Counted from the first letter of the stretch, positions 49,765-59,365 are shown. The stretch is DNA of 64,000 nt from Candidatus Latescibacterota bacterium (GCA_963422735.1 OY730476.1:288001-352000); one strand, 5' to 3'. The notes: a model not told the origin generated them from the sequence alone. Translations and numbers: made by a program.

Positions 49765-50459
49765 CGGGTGGCCTCCTCGGTCGGGCAATCGCTTTCGATG
49801 CGACCATCGCGGAAGCGGACGATGCGCCGGCTGCGGCGGGCGAGGTGCTCTTCGTGTGTCACGAGGAGGATGGTGTTGCCCGCGGCGTGTACTTGGTCGA
49901 AAAGGTCCATGATTTCGTCGCCGGTGCGGGAGTCGAGGGCACCGGTCGGCTCGTCGGCGAGGATGATGGAGGGCTCGTTGACGAGGGCACGAGCAATGGC
50001 CACGCGCTGCTTCTGGCCGCCGGACAGCGCGTTGGGCCGGTGCTCAACGCGCTCGGCCAAGCCCACAGACTCGAGGGCGAGGGCGGCTCGCTCCCGGCGT
50101 TGTCGCGCCGGCAGGCCGCTGTAAATCAGCGGCAGCTCGACATTGCCCAAGGCATTGGCACGGGGCAGGAGGTTAAAGGTTTGAAAGACGAAGCCGATTT
50201 CCCGATTGCGGATCCTCGCTAAGTCGTCGTCGTCCATCTCGCTGACGAGGACATTGCCGAGAGCGTAGCTGCCCGAGGTGGGCACATCGAGGCAGCCGAG
50301 GATGTTGAGCAGGGTGCTCTTGCCCGATCCCGACGGCCCCATGATGGCCACGTATTCGCCCGCAGCCACGCAGAGGTCCACCCCGCTTAGGGCGTGGATT
50401 GCAGTCGCCCCCATGTCGTAGGTCTTGGTCAGGTTGCGTATTTCAATAATCTCGTCCAT
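49761..50459 (-). CDS. ABC transporter ATP-binding protein (MacB/LolD type)
   Basis: [23 protein letters not shown] and ADEPTG. Confidence 0.95.
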   Translation of the reverse strand: MDEIIEIRNLTKTYDMGATAIHALSGVDLCVAAGEYVAIMGPSGSGKSTLLNILGCLDVPTSGSYALGNVLVSEMDDDDLARIRNREIGFVFQTFNLLPRANALGNVELPLIYSGLPARQRRERAALALESVGLAERVEHRPNALSGGQKQRVAIARALVNEPSIILADEPTGALDSRTGDEIMDLFDQVHAAGNTILLVTHEEHLARRSRRIVRFRDGRIESDCPTEEATR

Positions 50460-51108
50460 CGGCCTTCTCAACCGCTCGCACTTGCCCCTGCTCCAGCCAC
50501 CCAGCCGCAGCCGCTGGCGGCTGGCGCACGCGGACATAGCCCGCTCGCTCTTCTTCGGCGAGCAGGATCGCGCCCGCCTCAACGCGGGCCAGCACTGGAG
50601 CACTGGGAGCGGGGGTCGCGCGCAGTGCGCCGCCGGTGGGTGCGTACACCATGCGTTCGATAAAGCCGTCGATCGTGGCTCTAAATACGGCCATAGCGTC
50701 GCGGGCCAAGTCGTCGTGGGGTGCGACCCGCACGGCCGCTAGCTTACTATAACGATAGGTGATCCCGGCAGCCGCCTCGCTCTGGGCGCGAAGATGGGCC
50801 AACTCGGGCACTGGAGCAGATGCCTTGGGGCCGGCTGCGGTAAAGACCGCGGTTACTAAGGTCTCGGTCTCGGGGTTGTAGGGGCTGGGTTGGGCCTGCC
50901 AGCGGAGGAGTTGGCCATCTTCGTACACTTGCAGGATATAGGCGCGGGTGAGTTCGTCGAAGCGGGCGGCAATGCCCCGGTATTCGCACTCGGCGCGTTG
51001 CAAGGCGTCGATGTCGCGGGCCATATCGCGCACAACGCCCGGGTTTGGGGAAGGGAGTAAGACGAGGGCAGGCGCGAGCAGTGTCTTGAAGATGCGGGCA
51101 GCTAACAT
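50443..51108 (-). CDS. Hypothetical exported protein with C-terminal SH3-like domain
   Basis: [23 protein letters not shown]. Confidence 0.6.
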   Translation of the reverse strand: MLAARIFKTLLAPALVLLPSPNPGVVRDMARDIDALQRAECEYRGIAARFDELTRAYILQVYEDGQLLRWQAQPSPYNPETETLVTAVFTAAGPKASAPVPELAHLRAQSEAAAGITYRYSKLAAVRVAPHDDLARDAMAVFRATIDGFIERMVYAPTGGALRATPAPSAPVLARVEAGAILLAEEERAGYVRVRQPPAAAAGWLEQGQVRAVEKADGRDY

Positions 51109-51126
51109 GGGATTGGGTACGTAAAG

Positions 51127-51155
51127 ATGCTAGCTTAGCGGTGTATCCTTGTCAA
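51127..51155 (-). promoter_or_regulatory. sigma70-type promoter for the exporter operon
   Basis: TTGACA-17 bp-TAGCAT just upstream of the ATG at 51108. Confidence 0.55.
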
Positions 51156-51269
51156 GAAGACAACCGATTAGGTTTAGGGTAGCGGCGGTCGTATCTTAGG
51201 CTGATATCTACCCGCTAGTCTGATAAGAAAGGGGGCCGGGGGGATCGGTTTTCTCAAGGAGATACGACG

Positions 51270-51350
51270 ATGCGTTTTTTTAACACGGCTGGCCCGATCC
51301 AGCCCCAACACCACTACCACATCCCGCAGCTACTGCGGGGAGGGGCCTAA
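51270..51350 (+). pseudogene. N-terminal stub of an AAA-like ATPase
   Basis: RBS AAGGAG followed by MRFFNTAGPIQPQHHYHIPQL, a recognisable family N-terminus, then a stop. Confidence 0.55.
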
Positions 51351-51377
51351 AATCTTCCAAGCACCGAAAGGACGAGT

Positions 51378-52175
51378 ATGAGCGCCATATCCTTTGAGCA
51401 TATGTTGAGCCGCCAGTACACGGTCTTCGATGGGCTGGGTGGGATGCACGTGGAAGACATCTACCAAGACCGCCAAGGCTTTCTCTGGATCGCCACGGCC
51501 GACGGCGGCGTCAGCCGGTTCGACAGTGTGCGCTTCGATACCTTTAACACCAAAGATGGCCTGCCCAATCTGACGGTGATGGCCATTGCCGAGGAAGCCG
51601 ACGGGCGGCTGCTGTTGGGCACGTTTGGCGGGGGGATCGCCGCCTACGACGGGCGCGGCTTTCAGGTGTACACCACCGAGCACGGCCTGCCTTCCAATGA
51701 GATCGTGAGCCTGCAACCGCAGCCGGATGGCTCGATGCTGGTGCTGACCAACGAGGGGGTAGCGTGGTTTGCCGAGGGGGGCTGTACAAGGAGCATAACC
51801 GATGTTGGCGGCCAACCGTTGGGGCGGGTGTACGATATGGCCACTGACGCGGGCGGCACCACTTGGCTGGCCACGTGGGAGCGAGGCGTTCTCAGCTTGG
51901 ATGGGCGGTGCATGGATACCGGCGACCGGGCGGTGCGATGGCCTTGGAAATTCGCCGAAGGTCCCTCTGGCCACCTGTGGATTGCCTTCCTGTACATGAA
52001 CCCCGAAACCTTTATCGGCCGCTACGATGCGCGAGACGAGCAGTTCGCATTCATCCATGTGGATTGCGAAGCCGAGAGGGCTGCGCAGAATGGGGTGCGG
52101 CATGTGCGGGTTGACGATAGGGGCTGGCTCTGGCTGGCGCGCCGAGGGGTGCTCTGCTACGACGGGCAGGCGTGA
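51378..52175 (+). pseudogene. Two-component regulator propeller (Reg_prop) sensor, truncated
   Basis: DGL..V..I.QD..GFLWIAT..GVSRFD and GLP.N repeats. It ends abruptly where a VCBS gene fragment begins. Confidence 0.75.
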
Positions 52176-52187
52176 CATCATTTTTCC

Positions 52188-53041
52188 GAGGAGATGGCGG
52201 CTTCCCAAGACTATACGCCCCGTCATATTGGCGACTTTACCGGTGATGACGCCGATCTCCGGGAGCGTCCGTGGGGTGAACAGGTGGTTTGTGGGGCCCT
52301 TGGGCGCGGCGTTTCAGAGAGGCGAGATATTTGAATTCGATGAGAGGAAGAAGCCGTTAGGGGTGGGCGATTTTGATGGCGATGGGCAGGTGGATTTCCT
52401 CACCGAATTCGCATCCGCTCAATTAGAAGGTGCTATATGATGATCGGCTATTTCTGCGCTCGTCAGTGCGGGTGCGCGACCTCAACGCCGATGGAGTCGA
52501 GGACTGGGTGTTTATCGGCGGGGATCGCGCCTCGGGCTTTGGGGTGTTTGTCGAATGGGGCGGGAGTGTCAACCCTACTCAAGTAGGGGAGCGGCACCCT
52601 CTGGAGGGCAGTGGGATACACGTGCTGTGTGGGGATATGGATAACGACGGCGATCTCGACTTGGTGGTGTTAGATCCGATATGGGGTGGAGTGCATCTGC
52701 TCAAGAGTTCACTGGCCGAGCAGCCAACGGCGGTGCTGACGCCGGCGGTAGCGCGGCCGGTGCAGCATCGGCTGGGTGAAAGCTATCCCAATCCGTTCAA
52801 TCCGGCGGTGGTGCTGCCCCTTGAGTTGGCAACGGACGCGGCGGGAGTGTCGCTGACGGTGTATGACGTGCTGGGTCGTCGGGTGCGGCGGGTGTGGGAC
52901 GGGTCGCTGGGGGCGGGAACGCATCGGTTTACGTGGGATGGCCGCGACGCGGCGGGCAAGGCGGTGGCTGCGGGTGTGTATATCTATCAGGTCGAAGTGG
53001 ATGGGCAGGTGGAAGCGAAGAAGACGACGAAGCGGCCTTGA
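52188..53041 (+). pseudogene. 3' remnant of FG-GAP/VCBS + FlgD-Ig protein (cassette copy 1)
   Basis: Near-identical to the 3' parts of 54063-56213 and 57201-59360, with several deletions. Confidence 0.85.
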
Positions 53042-53302
53042 GGGGATGCGTCTATGCGACCGTACGCACTCGTATTGGCCTTTGCTCAACCCCACTTTCA
53101 GCACCGCAGCGGCTTGGCTCTGATGCGGCCGGGGCTGAGGGGGCCGGGTTCTCAGTGCTTCGCGGGGCTTGCGGTCCTGCTCGGCGCACGGGGAGCCGCA
53201 CGCCGACCGGGAGGGCGCGATCCCTAGGAGTAGCTATAGCCTCGCTCCGATGGTATGTAGGCGGCATCGAAGGGGCTATGAAAATGGGTGGGGCCTCGGT
53301 GC

Positions 53303-53370
53303 ATACGGAAAACCGTATCCATCATACGGAAAATCGTATAAAACCGTATCCATCATACGGGAAACCGTAT
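53303..53370. promoter_or_regulatory. Palindromic upstream activator sites ATACGG-N4-CCGTAT (3 full + 1 half)
   Basis: Sites at 53303-18, 53324-39 and 53355-70, located 120-190 bp upstream of a sigma54 promoter. Confidence 0.65.
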
Positions 53371-53491
53371 GCTCCCTAGCACCGACGGCTCCGGCACCGA
53401 CGAGTAGAAAGCTTTCTCATACGTTATAAGTATCATGTTTTTCAATCTGTTAGATGCGTCCTGAAGGGTTTTTTGTTCGGATTCTGATCGT

Positions 53492-53506
53492 TGGCATGCC
53501 ACTTGC
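53492..53506 (+). promoter_or_regulatory. sigma54 -24/-12 promoter
   Basis: TGGCATGCCACTTGC (GG-N10-GC), with an IHF-like TTTCAATCTGTTA at 53440-53452. Confidence 0.75.
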
Positions 53507-53627
53507 ATAGCATAACTGTTGAAGGCGCTGCCGATGCCGACGAGGTATCGGTCGTTGCTCAACGCTGACTTCCAGTATGGTATCGGCCCCAGGCTGCGGA
53601 CGTACTGGGCAACGAAGGAGATGGACC

Positions 53628-53906
53628 ATGGACAGTCTTCGGGAATTCTTCACGTCGTCGAGCGGGTTGGCCCCGGCTCGGCAGGGGTTGGGACTCGGGT
53701 GGGTCATCAGCGCTCTTACGGGGGTCGCTATCCTGCTCGGGGCCAAGGAAGCCGAAGCCGGTAGTTGCCCGGGCGAACGGACAGATTGTTCTTGGCATGC
53801 CGGGTGCGCGGAAGTTTATCCGAATGAGCCGTTCCGGTGCTGCACCAAGAAGTTGGACGCCTACTGCGATGTGATTGAAGTAGTAAGTTGCTCCTGTGTG
53901 GCCTAA
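53628..53906 (+). CDS. Cysteine-rich peptide precursor 1 (44-aa leader + 48-aa core with 8 Cys)
   Basis: AAGGAG 7 nt before the ATG. The leader is identical to copy 2 over residues 1-40. The core is GSCPGERTDCSWHAGCAEVYPNEPFRCCTKKLDAYCDVIEVVSCSCVA. Confidence 0.8.
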   Translation: MDSLREFFTSSSGLAPARQGLGLGWVISALTGVAILLGAKEAEAGSCPGERTDCSWHAGCAEVYPNEPFRCCTKKLDAYCDVIEVVSCSCVA

Positions 53907-54062
53907 GACTACCACATCCGATATAAAGAAGATAGATGGGTGGCCGTTACTCAGGCTAAGGTGCTAAAGGTCCGGATCAATCGTAGCGTTTGAGCCGAGC
54001 TCCTCCTTTTTTCCGACTGCTTAGAGACGCTATCTGCCGGAATTGTTGGAAAGGTATGTGCT

Positions 54063-56213
54063 ATGATGTTGCTATGGGCCGTTGTTACAGGTGTTGTGCT
54101 GTGGGGTGGCTCCGCCGAGGCGGTTAGGTGGGATTTCGACGATGGGACAACGCAGGGGTGGTCTGCCAAAGAAGCGCTTATATGGGGTGGGACGCGTGAA
54201 TTGCACCTGTTTCCGGGGGGGGTCGAAGACGGCGTGTGGCGGATCAATGTCGATCCCTCGGTCACCAAGGGTCATTATCTCGCGCCGAGTGTCGAATTGA
54301 TTTCTTCGACCATCGGGTACGATTCAGGTCTATTCGACCAAGTGCGCATCCGGTTCCGCACCGTCCATCACCACCCTACGGTCGGTAATGTTTCAATCGA
54401 GTGGACCAACGAGCACAACGCCCTGTCTTCAGGTTGGGATCCAAAAGATCCGCCGTCTGGAAGCCGGTTTCAAAGCCCCGTACAACCAATCGTTTATACC
54501 ACCGAGTGGCAGGAAGTGGTGCTCTTCTTGGCAGGTCAAGACGAGAAGATATGGCAGGGGCTGTTAAAAGATATTCAGCTAGGTTTTAGACTGGATGAGA
54601 ACAAAACAGGGGCAACTCGGTCGTCTACCGAGGTGGTCGGGTGGTTTGAGATCGACTGGATCGAGTTGACCGGCGTGGAAGAGATGATACAGGGAGAACT
54701 ACCGCCGCCGCACGTAGAGTACTTTCGCTTTGCTGAGGCCAAACTTTTTGCGCCGCCGGTGTTCTATCCGATTGCGCCGGGCATAGGGGAAGACGCTCTA
54801 GGTCTAGATAAGATCGGCGTCTTGGCGGACTTGGATGGCGATGGCGACTTAGACTTTTTCGCCCCCTATAATTACCGTCAACAGGGGCGATGGTGGTCTA
54901 AAACAGGGTGGCTGATGGCCCTCAATGACGGGCAAGGCGTCTTGGAACTAGGGCGTATAGAGGAAGTATCTGCTACAGAGCAGCCTAGTACCGATGCGGC
55001 AACTGGAACGACGACCGTCTCCGGGGTGATCATAGAGGTGATTGGTGCTGATTTGACCGGCGATGGTAAAGACGAAATCGCGATATCTGCAAGCAACAGT
55101 GGGCAAGTGACAGAAGTTTGGTCTGTGGGGCCGGAACTCCAAGTCGAGGTGCTCGTGCAGATAGAGGATCGATGGATCCGAGATGTGGCGGATTGGGATG
55201 GCGACGGCCGGGTCGAACTATTTGTAGGGGATATTACGTTTGAAGGAAGCACGTTAGAGGTCTGGGATGTCGAGCAGGGGGTGTGGGCCGCCGATGAGAT
55301 TGCGACTGCCAAAAACCATGCGCCCGCTCAGATTGGCGACTTTATCGGCGATGGGGCATTAGACGTGTTGTGGCTACCGATCGCTGGGCGAGTGAATACG
55401 TGGATTGTGCAGGCCTTGAGCGAGGAGTTTCAGAGAGGCGAGATATTTGAATTCGATGAGAGGAAAGGGCTGTTAGGGATGGGCGATTTTGATGGCGATG
55501 GACAGGTGGATTTCCTCACCGAATTCGCACTTGATCGAATCGAAGGTAGGAAGGGACTGGTTTTGCAGAGGAAGCGCGCCGGAGATCGCTTAGCAGCCGA
55601 GGTGCTCTACGATGATCGGCTGTTTCTGCGCTCGTCAGTGCGGGTGCGCGACCTCAACGCCGATGGAGTCGAGGACTGGGTATTTATCGGCGGGGATCGC
55701 GCCTCGGGCTTTGGGGTGTTTGTCGAATGGGGCGGGAGCGTCAACCCTACTCAAGCAGGGGAGCGGCATCGTCTGGAGGGCAGTGGGCGATACGTGCTGT
55801 GTGGGGATATGGATAACGACGGCGATCTCGACTTGGTGGTGTTAGATCCGATATGGGGTGGAGTGCATCTGCTCAAGAGTTCACTGGCCGAGCAGCCAAC
55901 GGCGGTGCTGACGCCGGCGGTAGCGCGACCGGTGCAGCATCGGCTGGGCGACAGCTATCCCAATCCGTTCAATCCGGCGGTGGTGCTGCCCCTTGAGTTG
56001 GCAACGGACGCGGCGGGAGTGTCGCTGACGGTGTATGACGTGTTGGGTCGTCGGGTGCGGCGGGTGTGGGACGGGTCGCTGGGGTCGGGAACGCATCGGT
56101 TTACGTGGGATGGCCGCGACGCGGCGGGCAAGGCGGTGGCCGCCGGGGTGTATATCTATCAGGTCGAAATCGACGGGCAGGTGGAAGCGAAGAAGACGAC
56201 GAAGCGGCCTTGA
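54063..56213 (+). CDS. Secreted FG-GAP/VCBS repeat protein with N-terminal beta-sandwich and C-terminal FlgD-Ig (T9SS-CTD-like) domain
   Basis: Signal peptide ending AEA; WDFDDGTTQGW..EIDWIEL; multiple DxDGDGxxD; YPNPFNP..VYDVLGR.VR..WDGRD..G..VAAGVY.Y. Confidence 0.88.
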   Translation: MMLLWAVVTGVVLWGGSAEAVRWDFDDGTTQGWSAKEALIWGGTRELHLFPGGVEDGVWRINVDPSVTKGHYLAPSVELISSTIGYDSGLFDQVRIRFRTVHHHPTVGNVSIEWTNEHNALSSGWDPKDPPSGSRFQSPVQPIVYTTEWQEVVLFLAGQDEKIWQGLLKDIQLGFRLDENKTGATRSSTEVVGWFEIDWIELTGVEEMIQGELPPPHVEYFRFAEAKLFAPPVFYPIAPGIGEDALGLDKIGVLADLDGDGDLDFFAPYNYRQQGRWWSKTGWLMALNDGQGVLELGRIEEVSATEQPSTDAATGTTTVSGVIIEVIGADLTGDGKDEIAISASNSGQVTEVWSVGPELQVEVLVQIEDRWIRDVADWDGDGRVELFVGDITFEGSTLEVWDVEQGVWAADEIATAKNHAPAQIGDFIGDGALDVLWLPIAGRVNTWIVQALSEEFQRGEIFEFDERKGLLGMGDFDGDGQVDFLTEFALDRIEGRKGLVLQRKRAGDRLAAEVLYDDRLFLRSSVRVRDLNADGVEDWVFIGGDRASGFGVFVEWGGSVNPTQAGERHRLEGSGRYVLCGDMDNDGDLDLVVLDPIWGGVHLLKSSLAEQPTAVLTPAVARPVQHRLGDSYPNPFNPAVVLPLELATDAAGVSLTVYDVLGRRVRRVWDGSLGSGTHRFTWDGRDAAGKAVAAGVYIYQVEIDGQVEAKKTTKRP

Positions 56214-56463
56214 GGGGATGCGTCTATGCGACCGTACGCACTCGTATTGGCCTTTGCTCAAGCACCGCAGCGGCTTGGCTCTGATGCGGCCGGGGCTGAG
56301 GGGGCCGGGTTCTCAGTGCTTCGCGGGGCTTGCGGTCCTGCTCGGCGCGCGGGGAGCCGCACGCCGACCGGGAGGGCGCGATCCCTAGGAGTAGCTATAG
56401 CCTCGCTCCGATGGTATGTAGGCGGCATCGAAGGGGCTATGAAAATGGGCGGGGCCTCGGTGC

Positions 56464-56500
56464 ATACGGAAAACCGTATCCATCATACGGAAAATCGTAT
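56464..56500. promoter_or_regulatory. Two palindromic upstream activator sites
   Basis: ATACGGAAAACCGTAT and ATACGGAAAATCGTAT, 21 bp apart. Confidence 0.65.
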
Positions 56501-56621
56501 GCTCCCTAGCACCGACGGCTCCGGCACCGACAAGTAGAAAGCTTTCTCATACATTATAAGTATCATGTTTTTCAATCTGTTAGATGCGTCCTGAAGGATT
56601 TTTTGTTCGGATTCTGCTCGT

Positions 56622-56636
56622 TGGCACGCCATTTGC
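56622..56636 (+). promoter_or_regulatory. sigma54 -24/-12 promoter
   Basis: TGGCACGCCATTTGC, a full match to TGGCACG-N4-TTGC. Confidence 0.8.
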
Positions 56637-56762
56637 ATAGCATAACTGTTGAAGGCGCTGCCGATGCCGACGAAAGAAGGTATCGGTCGTTGCTCAACGC
56701 TGACTTCCAGTATGGTATCGGCCTCAGGCTGCGGACGTACTGGGCAACGAAGGAGATGGACC

Positions 56763-57044
56763 ATGGACAGTCTTCGGGAATTCTTCACGTCGTCGAGCGG
56801 GTTGGCCCCGGCTCGGCAGGGGTTGGGACTCGGGTGGGTCATCAGTGCTCTTACGGGGGTCGCTATCCTGCTCGGGGCGAAAGGAGCTGCAGCCGATTGC
56901 GACAAAAGAAAGTGGACAAGGGACTTCGGGTACAGCGCAGGTTGCGACGAGGCCACGAAAGGGGCAGCGGCGAAGATGTGTCAGGACTGTTGGCTGGACT
57001 CGAAATGCAAAACAAGGTGCGGGGGGAACTACTGCTGCGCTTGA
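56763..57044 (+). CDS. Cysteine-rich peptide precursor 2 (44-aa leader + 49-aa core with 8 Cys)
   Basis: Same RBS and leader as precursor 1. The core is DCDKRKWTRDFGYSAGCDEATKGAAAKMCQDCWLDSKCKTRCGGNYCCA. Confidence 0.8.
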   Translation: MDSLREFFTSSSGLAPARQGLGLGWVISALTGVAILLGAKGAAADCDKRKWTRDFGYSAGCDEATKGAAAKMCQDCWLDSKCKTRCGGNYCCA

Positions 57045-57100
57045 AGGGTATCTGAGACGACCTTAGCTGCTGTAGGGCCGTTTCTCTTGCTAAGGTGTGA

Positions 57101-57141
57101 GGGGCCGGCTTAATCGCTGCGATTGAGCCGGCCCCCTTTTC
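57101..57141 (+). terminator. Rho-independent terminator between the peptide and VCBS genes
   Basis: ggggccggcttaatcgc-t-gcgattgagccggcccc hairpin followed by ctttt. Confidence 0.7.
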
Positions 57142-57200
57142 CCTTCGTACTTACGGACAGTGCCCAGTCTTCTGGAAATGTCTCTTATGGAGGTAGTGTC

Positions 57201-59360
57201 ATGCTGAAATTTGTCGCTGTTGCATGGGTTGTGCTGGGCAGTAGCCTCGCCGAGGCGGTTAGGTGGGATTTCGACGATGGGACGACGCAAGGGTGGACCG
57301 CCAAAGAAGCGCTTATATGGGGTGGTACGCGTGAATTTAACCAGTTTCTGGGGGGGGTCGAAGACGGCGTGTGGCGGATCCGGATTGATCCGGCCGCTAC
57401 CAAGAGTTTGCACACCTCCAGGTCGGGTGTCGAAGTGATTTCTTCGGCGATCGGGTATGATTCGGACCTGTTCGATCAAGTCCGCATCCGGTTCCGCACC
57501 GTCCATGACCGTCCTACGGAAGGTACTTTTTCTATCGCGTGGGAAAACGCTTCCGATTTTAATCTGGATGCTGAATATGAAGCGTTAACGTCTTTTATAC
57601 ATCTCGCCCAGCAAATAGTCTATACCACCGAGTGGCAGGAATTGGTGGTATCCTTGGCGGGTCAAGCCGGATGGCAGGGCCTGTTAGAAAATATTCAGCT
57701 AAGTTTCATATCTTTTGAAGTGGTCGAGTCGTTTGAGATTGACTGGATCGAGTTGACCGGCGTGGAAGAGATGATACAGGGAGAACGGCCGCCGCCGCCC
57801 GTAGAGTACTACTTTCGCTTTGCGGGGGCCGGCCTTTTTGCGCCGCCGGTGTTCTATCCGATTGCGCCGGGCATAGGGGAAGCACCTATTGGAGGAAGGT
57901 ATCTAGGGGATAAGGTATGGGGCAACGTGTTGACGGACTTGGATGGCGATGGCGACTTAGACCTGTTCGGCCTCTGGAAAACGCGAACGGAAATACCACA
58001 TGGGTATGAGGATAAAGCGGGCTGGCTGATGGCTGTCAATGACGGGCGAGGGGCCTTGGAACGTGGGCCTGTTATAGAAGAAGTAATGGCTGCAGGTTGG
58101 GTGGTCTTAAAGATGCTGAGTGCTGATTTGACCGGCGATGGTAAGGACGAAATCGCGATATCACGAAGCAACCGGGAACCCTCGACCGAAGTGTGGTCTA
58201 TCGGGCCGGAACTCCAAATCGAGGTGCTCGTGCAGTTCGATAGCGGGCTCCATAATGTGGCGGATTGGGATGGCGACGGCCGGGTTGAGTTATTTACGGG
58301 GGGGGCTATGTTTGAAGGCTCTTTAGAGGAAGTGATCGCGGGTACGGCGAAGTTTTCAAGCAGGTTAGCGGTCTGGGAGGTCGAACAGGGCGTGTGGACT
58401 TCCGAGGAAGTGGCGGCTTCCCAAGACTATACGCCCTCTCATATCGGCGACTTTACTGGCGATGGGACCCTCGATGTGTTTTGGGTGCCGATCGCCGGGG
58501 AAGCCCGTGGGATGAACAGGTGGATTGTGGGAGCCTTGGGCGAGGAGCATCAGAAAGGAGAGATATTTGAATTCGATGAACGGAAGGGGCCGTTAGGGGT
58601 GGGCGATTTTGATGGTGATGGGCAGGTGGATTTCCTCACCGAGTTCACATCCCCTCAATTCAAAGATGGCATAGAAAGAATTAGCATAGAAGGTAGTAAG
58701 GGGATCGTCTTGCAGAGAAAGGGAGCCGGGGATCGCCTCGAAGCGGAGGTGCTGTATGATGATCGGCTGTTTCGGCGCTCGCCGGTGATGGTGCGCGACC
58801 TCAACGCCGATGGAGTCGAGGACTGGGTGTTTATCGGCGGGGATCGCGCCTCGGGCTTTGGGGTGTTTGTCGAATGGGGCGGGAGCGTCAACCCTACTCA
58901 AGCAGGGGAGCGGCATCGTCTGGAGGGCAGTGGGCGATACGTGCTGTGTGGGGATATGGATAACGACGGCGATCTCGACTTGGTGGTGTTAGATCCGATA
59001 TGGGGTGGGGTGCATCTGCTTGAGAGTTCACTGGCCGAGCAGCCAACGGCGGTGCTGACGCCGGCGGTAGCGCGACCGGTGCAACATCGGCTGGGCGACA
59101 GCTATCCCAATCCGTTCAATCCGGCGGTGGTGCTGCCCCTTGAGTTGGCAACGGACGCGGCGGGAGTGTCGCTGACGGTGTATGACGTGTTGGGTCGTCG
59201 GGTGCGGCGGGTGTGGGACGGGCCGCTGGGGTCGGGAACGCATCGGTTTACGTGGGATGGCCGCGACGCGGCGGGCAAGGCGGTGGCTGCCGGGGTGTAT
59301 ATCTATCAGGTCGAAATCGACGGACAGATAGAAGCCAAGAAGACGACCAAGCTACCGTAA
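57201..59360 (+). CDS. Secreted FG-GAP/VCBS repeat protein with FlgD-Ig C-terminus (cassette copy 3)
   Basis: RBS GGAGG and ATG at 57201. Paralog of 54063-56213 with a near-identical C-terminal third. Confidence 0.88.
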   Translation: MLKFVAVAWVVLGSSLAEAVRWDFDDGTTQGWTAKEALIWGGTREFNQFLGGVEDGVWRIRIDPAATKSLHTSRSGVEVISSAIGYDSDLFDQVRIRFRTVHDRPTEGTFSIAWENASDFNLDAEYEALTSFIHLAQQIVYTTEWQELVVSLAGQAGWQGLLENIQLSFISFEVVESFEIDWIELTGVEEMIQGERPPPPVEYYFRFAGAGLFAPPVFYPIAPGIGEAPIGGRYLGDKVWGNVLTDLDGDGDLDLFGLWKTRTEIPHGYEDKAGWLMAVNDGRGALERGPVIEEVMAAGWVVLKMLSADLTGDGKDEIAISRSNREPSTEVWSIGPELQIEVLVQFDSGLHNVADWDGDGRVELFTGGAMFEGSLEEVIAGTAKFSSRLAVWEVEQGVWTSEEVAASQDYTPSHIGDFTGDGTLDVFWVPIAGEARGMNRWIVGALGEEHQKGEIFEFDERKGPLGVGDFDGDGQVDFLTEFTSPQFKDGIERISIEGSKGIVLQRKGAGDRLEAEVLYDDRLFRRSPVMVRDLNADGVEDWVFIGGDRASGFGVFVEWGGSVNPTQAGERHRLEGSGRYVLCGDMDNDGDLDLVVLDPIWGGVHLLESSLAEQPTAVLTPAVARPVQHRLGDSYPNPFNPAVVLPLELATDAAGVSLTVYDVLGRRVRRVWDGPLGSGTHRFTWDGRDAAGKAVAAGVYIYQVEIDGQIEAKKTTKLP

Positions 59361-59365
59361 ACGGC

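Noticed and set aside
53303-53370. Mini-CRISPR or iteron reading of the ATACGG..CCGTAT repeats
   Set aside because: The spacers are only 5-15 bp and no rep gene is present. Their position upstream of a sigma54 box fits enhancer sites better.
53519-53764. Alternative ORFs over the peptide loci (MKALPMP.., MDHGQSS.., also 56603..57055)
   Set aside because: They start upstream of or at the predicted TSS, or directly abut the RBS, and their lengths are inconsistent between copies. Only the MDSLREFF frame has proper SD spacing and a coherent leader/core.
53628-57044. Diversity-generating retroelement or lanthipeptide/ranthipeptide explanation for the variable cores
   Set aside because: No reverse transcriptase, LanM/LanB or SPASM radical SAM gene lies near the array in this window, and the differences are not adenine-specific.
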